Assembly: GCA_964626705.1 (NCBI GenBank)
Contig: CAZVGL010000002.1
Coordinates: 386-64,385, forward strand
Source of the DNA: an uncultured Candidatus Saccharibacteria bacterium
GTDB taxonomy: Bacteria > Patescibacteriota > Minisyncoccia > Phycocordibacterales > UBA2163
Direction of reading: 5' to 3'
DNA: 64,000 nt
The notes below the pieces were generated by a model. That model made no database searches. It worked only from the letters and a program-made list of their open reading frames with translations, and had not been told where the DNA came from. A program made the translations under genes and the position numbers. Shown piece after piece: positions 11,324 to 21,045 of this stretch; position 1 is the stretch's first letter; every line of letters begins with the position of its first letter.

Positions 11324-11881
11324 ATGAAGAAAAAGCTCAACAAAACAAAAGAAGAAATAGAAGATGTTGTGTTTGATGAAATTGAAGAAAGTGGTACTGG
11401 AACTATAAAAAAGTTGCGAGATAAGTTGAAGATTTGCGTTGAGGAAAAACAAGCATACTTGGACGGCTGGCAAAGGTCAAAGGCTGATTTTGTAAATGCA
11501 AGAAAGAAAGATGAGGAAATGCGTACAAACCTTGTATCATTTGCAAAAGAGGGTTTGATATTAGATCTTCTGACTTCAGTTGATAACTTCGATATGGCAT
11601 TTGCAAATAAAGAAGTCTGGGAGAGTGTTGATAAAAATTGGAGAATAGGGATAGAACACATTCATTCACAACTTTTAAAAACCTTAGAAGAGCACGGACT
11701 TGAGCAGTTTGACCCACTTGGAGAGCAGTTTGACCCAACACGTCATGATTCAATAGAAACTGTAGTTGTAGAAAAGAAGACAGATGATCATAAAGTAGTT
11801 GAGGTAATACAAAAAGGATATATATTAGGTGGAAAAGTAATACGTCCTGCGAAAGTAAAAGTAGGACAATTAGAAGTTTAA
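11324..11881 (+). CDS. grpE: Nucleotide exchange factor GrpE
   Basis: [29 protein letters not shown]. Confidence 0.96.
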   Translation: MKKKLNKTKEEIEDVVFDEIEESGTGTIKKLRDKLKICVEEKQAYLDGWQRSKADFVNARKKDEEMRTNLVSFAKEGLILDLLTSVDNFDMAFANKEVWESVDKNWRIGIEHIHSQLLKTLEEHGLEQFDPLGEQFDPTRHDSIETVVVEKKTDDHKVVEVIQKGYILGGKVIRPAKVKVGQLEV

Positions 11882-11894
11882 TTTAAATAATATT

Positions 11895-13832
11895 ATGTCA
11901 AAAATTTTAGGAATAGATTTAGGAACAACAAACTCAGCAATGGCTGTAGTCGAGGGAGGTGAGCCAACAATAATAGAGAATGCAGAAGGTGTACGAACAA
12001 CACCGTCTATTGTTGCTATTTCAAAAACAAATGAAAGGCTTGCTGGACTTCTAGCAAAGAGACAGGCTGTGACAAACCCTAAAAATACTATATTTGGCAT
12101 AAAGCGTTACGTTGGACATATGTTTAATGACGCAGAAATACAAAAAGATGAAAAAACTTCTCCATTTGATATTGCGAAAGGTTCTGACGGAGGTGTTTTA
12201 GTAAAACTTGGAGATAAGGAATATCGCCCAGAAGAAGTGTCTGCTATGATACTCCAAAAACTTAAGAACGATGCGGAGGCACGGCTTGGAGAAAAGATAA
12301 CTGAAGCTGTTATAACGGTACCTGCATATTTTAATGACTCACAAAGAAAAGCTACAAAAGATGCTGGTAAGATCGCAGGGCTTGAAGTAAAAAGAATTAT
12401 AAACGAACCTACAGCAGCTGCACTTGCATATGGTTTTGCAAAAAAGAAAGACGAGAAGATCGTGGTATTTGACTTCGGTGGTGGTACTTTTGACGTATCA
12501 GTACTTGAAGTTGGGGATGACGTAATAGAAGTAAAATCAACAGACGGTGACTCACACATGGGAGGGCGTGACATTGATCAAAAGATAATAAAGTGGATAG
12601 CAGATGAATTTAAGAAAGAAAGCGGTATCGATGTATCTACAGATCCACTTGCGATACAGAGACTTGACGAAGCAGCAGAAAAAGCAAAGCTTGAACTTTC
12701 TTCAACTACAGAAACAGAGATAAACATACCGTTTATTACATCAGATGCATCTGGTCCGAAACACTTACTACTTAAAATGACACGTGCGACTCTAGAAGAA
12801 CTTGCTAGAGAATTTATCGACCGCTCAATAGAAATCACAAAGCGTGCAGTAGAAGCTTCACCTTTTAGCACAAGTGATATAAATGAAGTTATCTTAGTAG
12901 GAGGGCAGACTCGTATGCCTGCTATCTCTAACGCTGTAAAAGAATTCTTCGGAAAAGAACCAAATAAATCTATCAACCCTGACGAAGTAGTGGCACTTGG
13001 TGCTGCTATTCAAGCTGGAATAATGCAAGGAGACGTAAAAGATATACTACTTCTAGATGTTATCCCTCTTTCACTCGGCATAGAAACACTTGGATCTGTA
13101 GCTACTAAACTTATAGAGAAAAACTCTACTATCCCTACATCAAAGTCACAGACATTTTCTACAGCAGCTGACAATCAAACATCTGTGGAGATCCATGTAG
13201 TTCAAGGAGAACGAGCTATGGCTACAGATAATAAATCTCTTGGTAAATTTATCTTGGACGGTGTACCGCCAGCACCAAGAGGTGTACCTCAGGTAGAAGT
13301 ATCTTTCGACGTAGATGCAAATGGTATTTTAAATGTAAAAGCAAAAGATAAAGCAAGTGGAAAAGAACAATCTATAAAGATCGAAGCAAGCTCAGGACTT
13401 TCAGAAGAAGATATTGAGAAAATGAAAAAAGATGCAGAGATAAATGAGAGTGAGGATGCAAAGAAAAAAGAAGCAGTGGATGCAAGAAATCTCTCAGAGC
13501 AGCTTGTATACACAGCCGAGAAAGCACTTAAAGATGCAGAAGGTAAGATAGAAGAAGCTCTCAAAACTTCAGTACAAGCTAAGATAGACGAACTTAAAAA
13601 AGTAAAAGACGGTACTGATACAGAAGCTATAAAATCAGCTTCAGAAGCCCTTTCAACAGAAATGCAAAAGATAGGCGAAGCAATGGCCAAAGCAGCTCCA
13701 CAAGAGCCAGCAGAGGGCACAGAAGGGCAAGCAGGGGAACAAAAAGAAGGTGCTGAAGGTAATGTAAGAGACGCAGAGTTTGAAGAGAAGAAAGATGACA
13801 CTCCACCAGCAGAAGAACCGAAAACAGAGTAA
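11895..13832 (+). CDS. dnaK: Chaperone DnaK (Hsp70)
   Basis: [28 protein letters not shown] motifs. Confidence 0.99.
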   Translation: MSKILGIDLGTTNSAMAVVEGGEPTIIENAEGVRTTPSIVAISKTNERLAGLLAKRQAVTNPKNTIFGIKRYVGHMFNDAEIQKDEKTSPFDIAKGSDGGVLVKLGDKEYRPEEVSAMILQKLKNDAEARLGEKITEAVITVPAYFNDSQRKATKDAGKIAGLEVKRIINEPTAAALAYGFAKKKDEKIVVFDFGGGTFDVSVLEVGDDVIEVKSTDGDSHMGGRDIDQKIIKWIADEFKKESGIDVSTDPLAIQRLDEAAEKAKLELSSTTETEINIPFITSDASGPKHLLLKMTRATLEELAREFIDRSIEITKRAVEASPFSTSDINEVILVGGQTRMPAISNAVKEFFGKEPNKSINPDEVVALGAAIQAGIMQGDVKDILLLDVIPLSLGIETLGSVATKLIEKNSTIPTSKSQTFSTAADNQTSVEIHVVQGERAMATDNKSLGKFILDGVPPAPRGVPQVEVSFDVDANGILNVKAKDKASGKEQSIKIEASSGLSEEDIEKMKKDAEINESEDAKKKEAVDARNLSEQLVYTAEKALKDAEGKIEEALKTSVQAKIDELKKVKDGTDTEAIKSASEALSTEMQKIGEAMAKAAPQEPAEGTEGQAGEQKEGAEGNVRDAEFEEKKDDTPPAEEPKTE

Positions 13833-13850
13833 ATAATAATTAAAACCACA

Positions 13851-13892
13851 AAAAAAACAAACGGCTCAAGTCGATGAGCCGTTTGTTTTTTT
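13851..13892 (+). terminator. Intrinsic terminator after dnaK
   Basis: aaaaaaacaaacggctca-agtcga-tgagccgtttgttttttt. Confidence 0.8.
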
Positions 13893-13932
13893 ACTTGTTT
13901 TTTGATGAAAATGCGGTAAAATAGTGTTAATT

Positions 13933-15015
13933 ATGGCAAGAGACTACTATCAAGTTTTGGGAGTGGACAAGAAAGCAAGTGCTGACGAGGTAAAGAAAGC
14001 ATTCAGAAAACTTGCTCACAAATACCACCCCGACAAAAGTACTGGAGATGAAGCTAAGTTTAAAGAAATTAGCGAAGCTTATGGTGTACTTTCAAATGAC
14101 AAGAAACGGCAAGAATATGATGCATACGGAAGAGTGTTTAATGAAGGCAGTGGCGGCGCCGGGCAAGGTTTTGGTGGATTCTCTGACGGACAGGGTTTTG
14201 ATTTCTCTGGGTTTGCTGACCAAGGTTTCGACATGGGTGACATATTCGGTGGACTAGGGGATATCTTTGGCGGAAGAGGAAGACAACAAACAAAGCGCGG
14301 AAGAGATATTTCTATTGATCTTGAAGTACCGTTTAAAGACGCTATCTTTGGTACAGAAAGAAAAGTACTTTTGACTAAAGTATCAGAATGTAAAACATGT
14401 ACTGGGAGTGGTGCTAAAGAAGGGACAGAGATGGAAACATGTAAAAACTGTAACGGCAAAGGTAAGATACATGAGACTAAGAATTCGATCCTAGGAACTA
14501 TACAAAGTGTACGAGCATGTGATAATTGTTTCGGTACAGGCAAAGTACCAAAAGAAAAATGTAAAGATTGTAAAGGTTTAGGTGTCGCGCGCAAAGAAGA
14601 GGAGATTTCTATTTCAATACCAGCAGGAGTAGACAACGGTGAGATGATACGTCTCTCAGGTGGTGGGGAAGCGGTAGCAGGAGGTATTGCAGGAGACCTA
14701 TACATAAAACTTCATATAAGCCCTGACCCAGTATTTAGAAAAGAAGGAAACAACCTTTCAATGATACTAAATGTAAAGCTTACAGACGCACTTTTGGGTA
14801 GCACATATACAATCTCAACACTTGACGGCGACATTGATATTAAGATACCAGCTGGAGTGTCATTTGGTGAGATACTTCGCGTAGGAGGTAAAGGAGTACC
14901 AACAAGCAAAAAGAGTCGTGGAGACTTACTTGTAAAGATAAATATCACTCTACCAAACAAACTCTCACGTAGTACTAAAAAATTAGTTGAGGAAATGAAA
15001 AAAGAGGGGATTTAA
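13933..15015 (+). CDS. dnaJ: Chaperone DnaJ
   Basis: J domain HPD, G/F-rich region, four CxxCxGxG repeats. Confidence 0.98.
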   Translation: MARDYYQVLGVDKKASADEVKKAFRKLAHKYHPDKSTGDEAKFKEISEAYGVLSNDKKRQEYDAYGRVFNEGSGGAGQGFGGFSDGQGFDFSGFADQGFDMGDIFGGLGDIFGGRGRQQTKRGRDISIDLEVPFKDAIFGTERKVLLTKVSECKTCTGSGAKEGTEMETCKNCNGKGKIHETKNSILGTIQSVRACDNCFGTGKVPKEKCKDCKGLGVARKEEEISISIPAGVDNGEMIRLSGGGEAVAGGIAGDLYIKLHISPDPVFRKEGNNLSMILNVKLTDALLGSTYTISTLDGDIDIKIPAGVSFGEILRVGGKGVPTSKKSRGDLLVKINITLPNKLSRSTKKLVEEMKKEGI

Positions 15016-15064
15016 TCAACAGTTTACTTTTGTAAACTGTTTTTTAGTATTATAATATTACTAT

Positions 15065-15598
15065 ATGAATTCAGTACAAAATTTATTTGCAAGCTCTACA
15101 GGGAGCGCATTAGAGACAGTTACAAACTTGTCGCTTGATACAATTATTTTAATTGTTATCTTTTTCTTATTCTTTATATACGGATTTAAATTTGGTAAGC
15201 GTAAGATCATATCTTTAATGCTTTCTTTGTATGCTTCGATCCCTATTGTACTTTTTTTCCCGTACTTACAGAAAATCGCATTCTTTGGCAACACTGAGAA
15301 GGCGGTACTATATTCACAGATTGGGCTTTTTGTATTGGTGATAATTCTTATAAATGTAGTGCTAAGCAGAATAGTGAGTTTCGAACTCTACCACAGAGGC
15401 TTAAGAAGGCTAATAGAAAATGGTTTTCTTGCAGCAGCTTCTGGCGGACTTCTTATAGCTATTTCATATCATATAATAAAAATATCAGAACTATATGATT
15501 TCGCGAGACCGATAGATGCATTATTTGCATCTACAACGCTCTTTTTCTGGTGGCTCATAGCACCACTTGTAGTTGTTTTCTTTACGACAAGAAGATGA
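15065..15598 (+). CDS. Hypothetical membrane protein (about 5 TM)
   Basis: Hydrophobic 177 aa ORF; TATAAT 8 nt upstream of ATG. Confidence 0.7.
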   Translation: MNSVQNLFASSTGSALETVTNLSLDTIILIVIFFLFFIYGFKFGKRKIISLMLSLYASIPIVLFFPYLQKIAFFGNTEKAVLYSQIGLFVLVIILINVVLSRIVSFELYHRGLRRLIENGFLAAASGGLLIAISYHIIKISELYDFARPIDALFASTTLFFWWLIAPLVVVFFTTRR

Positions 15599-15614
15599 TA
15601 CTATAAGGCCTAAT

Positions 15615-17216
15615 ATGAATAAAAAGACCCAAAAGACAAAAGGGGCTAAAAATACAGTGATTTTGACTGGGAATGACCTTACGCCAGATGAAATATACAG
15701 GATCACAGAAGATCCAAAAATACAGGTAGTACTATCTCCAAAGTCATTAATAAAAGTAAGACAATCAAAAAAGTTTCTAGACAAGAAGGTTGCCACAACT
15801 GTAATATATGGGATCACTACTGGCTTTGGACCTATGGCATCACATATCATAGGTAAAAATCAATTACACGAACTTCAATATAACTTAGTGCGCTCACATG
15901 CAGTAGGATTGGGAGATCCTATAGAAGATAGATTTGTTCTTGCTGCTATGGTAGTAAGATTAAACACTCTCGTAAAAGGATACTCTGGTGTGTCAGAAGA
16001 CTTAATAGAACAATTAGCTTTTTTTATAAATAAAAGAATCTTACCTGTAATCCCAGAACATGGTTCAGTAGGAACAAGCGGTGATTTAGTACAGCTCGCC
16101 CACATCGCTATTACTTTAATAGGAGAAGGGGAAGTGGTGTTTGAAGGCAAACGAGAAAATACAGCAAACGTACTTAAAAGATTAAAAAGAAAACCTCATA
16201 CACTTGAACCGAAAGAAGGACTTGCTCTTATAAACGGCACATCTGTTATGTCTGGTATAGCAGCACTTATTGTCGACGACACAGAAAGATTACTTTCTGT
16301 GATATCACGCTCAAGTGCTTTAGCACTTGAGCTTATAAATGGTTTAAACGATGCTTTATCTGCAGAACTACATGCATTACGTCCACATGATGGTCAAAAA
16401 AAGATAGCGTCCACACTTCGTAAATTACTAGCTTCATCTACTCTTCTACATGATAGAAAACAGCTTCAATCTAGAGTAAATGTCATAGACAATGTTTATG
16501 TTACTCCAGAGCATATCCAAGATGTATATTCGTTCCGCTGTGTTGCGCAGATCTTAGGTCCAGCACTTGATATATATAAAAAAACTAAAAAAGATGTAGA
16601 AATAGAGATCAATTCAGTTACTGATAACCCCATCATAGATGTCAAAAAACAAATCTTCCTTCACGGCGGAAACTTCCATGGAGACTATATAGCAACAGCT
16701 GTTGATCAATTAAAGATAAGTATAGTAAAAATGACAATACTTTCAGAAAGAAGAATAAACTTTTTCTTAAACAGAAACGTAAACCAGTTCTTTCCACCAT
16801 TTTTAAATCTAAATCAACCAGGCCTTACACTTGCATTACAAGGTCTACAGTTTGTAGCTACATCAACAACTGCCCAAAGCCAGTCTCTTGCATTCCCTCA
16901 TTCTACACACTCTATCTCCACAAATGCAGACAATCAAGATGTAGTAAGTATGGGTACAGACGCTGCGCTTATTACAAGCAAAGCAATAAAGAATGCGTAC
17001 ACAGTACTTTCTGTAGAATATGCAACGCTTGCACAGGCTGTGGATCATTTAAATGTTTCAAACAAACTCTCACCAGCATCAAAGCTATTGTTCAAAAAGA
17101 CTAGAGGAATAGTACCTAAAATAGTAGAGGACAGAACTCTTACGAAAGAACTAACGAAACTTATTAATATGTTAGAAAAAGATGACGACCTAATACTTTC
17201 TTTCGAAGGTAACTAA
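15615..17216 (+). CDS. MIO-dependent aromatic amino acid ammonia-lyase/aminomutase (HAL/PAL/TAL family)
   Basis: IYGITTGFG, GTSGDL (MIO triad TSG), KEGLALING, QDVYSFRC, NSVTDNP, GGNFHG, NQDVVSMG; start reassigned to ATG 15615. Confidence 0.93.
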   Translation: MNKKTQKTKGAKNTVILTGNDLTPDEIYRITEDPKIQVVLSPKSLIKVRQSKKFLDKKVATTVIYGITTGFGPMASHIIGKNQLHELQYNLVRSHAVGLGDPIEDRFVLAAMVVRLNTLVKGYSGVSEDLIEQLAFFINKRILPVIPEHGSVGTSGDLVQLAHIAITLIGEGEVVFEGKRENTANVLKRLKRKPHTLEPKEGLALINGTSVMSGIAALIVDDTERLLSVISRSSALALELINGLNDALSAELHALRPHDGQKKIASTLRKLLASSTLLHDRKQLQSRVNVIDNVYVTPEHIQDVYSFRCVAQILGPALDIYKKTKKDVEIEINSVTDNPIIDVKKQIFLHGGNFHGDYIATAVDQLKISIVKMTILSERRINFFLNRNVNQFFPPFLNLNQPGLTLALQGLQFVATSTTAQSQSLAFPHSTHSISTNADNQDVVSMGTDAALITSKAIKNAYTVLSVEYATLAQAVDHLNVSNKLSPASKLLFKKTRGIVPKIVEDRTLTKELTKLINMLEKDDDLILSFEGN

Positions 17217-17220
17217 AAAC

Positions 17221-18768
17221 ATGTCAAAAGAAAAAGACATACTTAAACCATTAAAGTCGGTAGGAGAAACCTTTTCTCTACAAGACATGCTTTCTTTTGA
17301 CACAAAAGATTATATAAAGATGCTCCAAAATAAGGGCGAAGAATTTTGGATAAAAGAAGGAGAAAAGAAAGCCCTTAATCTTTTTAAAAAGGCTGCTAAA
17401 GACGTACCAGCATATAAAGAATTCCTTAAGGTACACAAGATCGACCCGACAAAGATCAAAACTATAAAAGACTTTAAAAATATTCCGATCACCACAAAAG
17501 AAAACTACATCAGTAAGTATCCTCTAGCGGACAGGAACTGGAATGGAAAACTAGAACACCTGAACATATTTGCCGTAAGCTCAGGAACAATAACTAAACC
17601 AACAATATGGCCTCGTGGGTCACTTCAAGAGTTTGAGTCAGCTATAACTCACGAAGCTCTCTTTAATGAATTGTATGAGGTTGATAAACATAAAACACTC
17701 ATAGCTATCGGGTTTCCGATGGGTGTATATATCTCTGGTATGGCTACAAGTATTCCAAGCTGGCTTATCGGAATAAAAAACCCAAGCCTTAACATACTTA
17801 CGATAGGAAACGACAAAGAGAAATTTTTAAATATTATCCCCCAACTACAAAAAGAGTACGAACAAATCCTATTTATTGGGCATCCGTTTTTTATTAAAGA
17901 TGTAATAGAGACTGGTAAAGATAGAAAGATAAAATGGGACAAAACTAAAGTAAAAATGATGTTTTGTAGCGAAGGCTTCAATGAAACATGGAGGTCGTAC
18001 TTAGCAAAACAAGTTAAAAGTGATAAAAAACTCGATATGTTTAATACTTACGGTTCATCTGAACTATTACTCATGGGTAATGAAACACCTAAGAGTGTCT
18101 TTATAAAACAGCTTGCTGAAAAGAAAAATAAAATTAGAGAGTCAGTATTTAAAAGCCCTTCTGTTCCAAATATATTTCAATATAATCCTATTAACCGCTA
18201 CATAGAGTCTGTAGATAATGACCTTATTTTTACAGCCTCAAGCGGTATACCGCTTATCCGATTTAGATTACATGACAACGGTCAGGTTATTTCAAATAAC
18301 GATATGGACGACCTTCTTACTAAGGAATGTCCGGAATGGAAAACGGAATTTAAAAAAATAAAATCAAAGAGTGCCTGGAATTTACCATTTGTTACATTAT
18401 ATGGAAGAAGCAATCAAGCGATGATCTTTTATGCAGCAAATATTTATATAGAAAACATTAATCAGGCGCTCGACCATAAACCTTTTTTAAGCAAGATTAC
18501 AGGGAAGTTTGTAATGGAAAAGAAATACTTAAAAAACATGGATCAATATCTTAATATATATATTGAGCTTGAGGAGTCTGCAGAAAAAGATAAAAAACTT
18601 GCAAAAGATATTCAAATAAAAATAGTTGATACTCTAAAAAAAGTTAACCTAGAATATGCAGATGCATCAGAGAAACTCAATAAAAACTTAGTGCCAAGGA
18701 TCGTCTTAAAACCTTACCAAGACAGGACGTATTTCAAGCTTGGGTTGAAACCAAAATATATTATATAA
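17221..18768 (+). CDS. Phenylacetate-CoA ligase (PaaK)-like adenylate-forming enzyme
   Basis: SSGT P-loop-like motif, YGSSE, PLIRFRLHD, GRS. Confidence 0.85.
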   Translation: MSKEKDILKPLKSVGETFSLQDMLSFDTKDYIKMLQNKGEEFWIKEGEKKALNLFKKAAKDVPAYKEFLKVHKIDPTKIKTIKDFKNIPITTKENYISKYPLADRNWNGKLEHLNIFAVSSGTITKPTIWPRGSLQEFESAITHEALFNELYEVDKHKTLIAIGFPMGVYISGMATSIPSWLIGIKNPSLNILTIGNDKEKFLNIIPQLQKEYEQILFIGHPFFIKDVIETGKDRKIKWDKTKVKMMFCSEGFNETWRSYLAKQVKSDKKLDMFNTYGSSELLLMGNETPKSVFIKQLAEKKNKIRESVFKSPSVPNIFQYNPINRYIESVDNDLIFTASSGIPLIRFRLHDNGQVISNNDMDDLLTKECPEWKTEFKKIKSKSAWNLPFVTLYGRSNQAMIFYAANIYIENINQALDHKPFLSKITGKFVMEKKYLKNMDQYLNIYIELEESAEKDKKLAKDIQIKIVDTLKKVNLEYADASEKLNKNLVPRIVLKPYQDRTYFKLGLKPKYII

Positions 18769-18775
18769 TAAACAA

Positions 18776-19963
18776 ATGTCAGATAAAATAAAACAATCTA
18801 TAGATAGTATTCTAGCAAAAGAAATTGAGTCAAAGCCGGTGTTTTTTAATCTAGCAGAATCAGAAGATCATAAAAGGCTAACCGCGCTTATATCTGAAGG
18901 AAAAGTTCAGCGTGTGTCAGACGACTATAGAGAACAGTTACTTGAATTGTTTGGTATAAACAATCCTTCATCTGTTCACGCTGAAGGGTTTGATGAGAAA
19001 TTTGAAGAACATCTAAAAGAGTCCGAAGAAAAAACACCCCTTTGGCAACAGGGTGTGTGGGTATACTTCCCATGGAGTTCAACCTTAACGCACATACTAC
19101 CTGAAGATGATTTTCAATTAGTAAGGACTGCTAGGAATCAGAACTTAATAAGTAAAGAGGAACAAAGTAAATTTTATAATACAACTGTAGGTATTGGGGG
19201 ACTGAGTGTTGGTTCAAGTGTTGCTTTAGGTCTTGTACTACAAGGAGGTGCCAAACATATAAAGTTTGCAGATATGGACAGACTTGCACTATCAAATACA
19301 AATAGGATTATTTCAGGAGTAGACAATCTTGGCATATTAAAAGTTGATATGACGGCACGCAAAATCTATGAGATCAATCCTTATGCACAAATAGAATTAT
19401 TTCCGGAAGGGTTAGGTAAGGAAAATATAGAAAAATTCTTTGAAGGACTTGATATTGTTATCGACGAATTGGACAATCTGGCTATTAAATATCTTATAAG
19501 AGAACAAGCGAAGAAAAATAGGATAGCAGTCGTGATGGCAGCTGACAATGGAGACAATGCTGTGGTGGATGTAGAGCGATACGATCTTGATGAAAATACA
19601 CCGTTTTTCCATGGAAGGATGGGTAATGTGTCTTATGAAGGACTTCTAGGTTTAGATAAGTTTGGTATAGGGAAGATGATTACGAAGCACGTTGGTCCTG
19701 AGAATGTGACGGAAAGGATGCAGCAATCTCTTTTTGAGATGGGGAAGACTATTGTCTCTTGGCCACAGCTCGGTGGTGCTGCAATGATAAACGGCGCAGC
19801 GGTTGCATACTGTGTTCGCAAGATTCTAAATGGACAGCCGTTAGAGGACAATAGAGCGCTTGTATCGCTGGATGAGAAGCTAGTACCAGACTATAATTCA
19901 ACCGAAAAAGTAGGGGAACGAAAACAAATAGCCGATTCATTTAAAAAAATATTTGGACTGTAA
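18776..19963 (+). CDS. ThiF/E1-family adenylyltransferase, Rv1355c/OxzB-like
   Basis: WVYFPW..RTARN N-terminal motif, GGLSVG nucleotide-binding loop, DMDRLALSNTNR, SWPQL. Confidence 0.88.
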   Translation: MSDKIKQSIDSILAKEIESKPVFFNLAESEDHKRLTALISEGKVQRVSDDYREQLLELFGINNPSSVHAEGFDEKFEEHLKESEEKTPLWQQGVWVYFPWSSTLTHILPEDDFQLVRTARNQNLISKEEQSKFYNTTVGIGGLSVGSSVALGLVLQGGAKHIKFADMDRLALSNTNRIISGVDNLGILKVDMTARKIYEINPYAQIELFPEGLGKENIEKFFEGLDIVIDELDNLAIKYLIREQAKKNRIAVVMAADNGDNAVVDVERYDLDENTPFFHGRMGNVSYEGLLGLDKFGIGKMITKHVGPENVTERMQQSLFEMGKTIVSWPQLGGAAMINGAAVAYCVRKILNGQPLEDNRALVSLDEKLVPDYNSTEKVGERKQIADSFKKIFGL

Positions 19964-19966
19964 GAT

Positions 19967-21022
19967 ATGCAAAACGACATAGAAAAAATCATAAAGGACG
20001 GTGTACTGGCTCCATCTGGTGAAAATGCACAACCATGGAGATTTATCGTGGAAGATAATAAAATCCATATATTTAATAAACCAGAAGTTGATCAATCTTT
20101 ATATAACTTTAAACAAAGAGGATCTTATATTGCACATGGTGCACTGATTGAAAACATTACTATAAGCTCGTCTAGATATGGATACAAAACAAATATTAAA
20201 TTATTCCCAGAAGAAGCTACTGCAAACCTTGTAGCTATTCTAACCTTAGAAAAAGCAGGTACGGAAGAAGATTCACTCTATAAGCATATCGAAAATAGAC
20301 ATACTAACAGAAAGTCATATGATGGACGAAAATTATCTAATGAACAAAAGGCGCAATTAATTAATACTGTCAAAGAGATCGACTCTGTAGAATTAGAAAT
20401 TATAGACGAAACAAAATCATTGAATATCTTAGGAGAAGCTTTGGCTGTAAATGAATTAATTCTTTTTAGCAACAAAAAGCTTCATGATTTTTTTTATGAT
20501 CATATTTTGTGGAAAGAAGACGATCAAGATAAGGCAAAAGGTTTTTATGTAAAAACTCTTGAGTTTCTTCCGCACCAACTTAAGGCAGTTAAATTATTCA
20601 AAAGCTGGTTTTTATTAAATATTTTCAATAAATTAATAAAAGTTGCGAACAAAATAGCAAAAGAAAATGCGGAGAAATATACAAAATCAGGAACCTTGAT
20701 TGCCGTTATAGTTAATGGAAATTCTAATTCTGACTTTATAAGAAAAGGAAGGGCTATGCAAAGAGTATGGCTTAAAGCAACAGAACTTGGCTTAAGTATG
20801 CACCCTTGTACTGGTACAGTATTTCTTATGGACAGAATAAAAGGCGGAGATAACAAATCTTTTTCAACCGTGCATATTGATATAATAAAAAATGCTTATA
20901 ACAACATATCCAAAATATTTAATACCGATAAAAAGTCTGCACCACTACTTTTTAGGATTGGATATGCAGACACACCTAGCGCTTGGTCACTTAGACTTAA
21001 TCCAGATATTGTTTATAAGTAA
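19967..21022 (+). CDS. Nitroreductase-fold (FMN) protein
   Basis: APSGENAQPWRF, RHTNR, GRAMQRVWLKATELGL, FRIGY motifs. Confidence 0.85.
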   Translation: MQNDIEKIIKDGVLAPSGENAQPWRFIVEDNKIHIFNKPEVDQSLYNFKQRGSYIAHGALIENITISSSRYGYKTNIKLFPEEATANLVAILTLEKAGTEEDSLYKHIENRHTNRKSYDGRKLSNEQKAQLINTVKEIDSVELEIIDETKSLNILGEALAVNELILFSNKKLHDFFYDHILWKEDDQDKAKGFYVKTLEFLPHQLKAVKLFKSWFLLNIFNKLIKVANKIAKENAEKYTKSGTLIAVIVNGNSNSDFIRKGRAMQRVWLKATELGLSMHPCTGTVFLMDRIKGGDNKSFSTVHIDIIKNAYNNISKIFNTDKKSAPLLFRIGYADTPSAWSLRLNPDIVYK

Positions 21023-21045
21023 TAATAGTATTATCATATAGTTAT

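Noticed and set aside
15615-18768. Histidine utilisation (hutH) or phenylacetate catabolism (paaK) annotation
   Set aside because: No other hut or paa genes; the TSG triad and ThiF/nitroreductase context favour a biosynthetic role, so gene symbols were withheld
18776-21022. RiPP azole-forming cluster (E1-like plus dehydrogenase) or molybdopterin/thiamine biosynthesis
   Set aside because: No YcaO, precursor peptide or ubiquitin-like sulfur carrier visible; motifs match the Rv1355c-type subfamily
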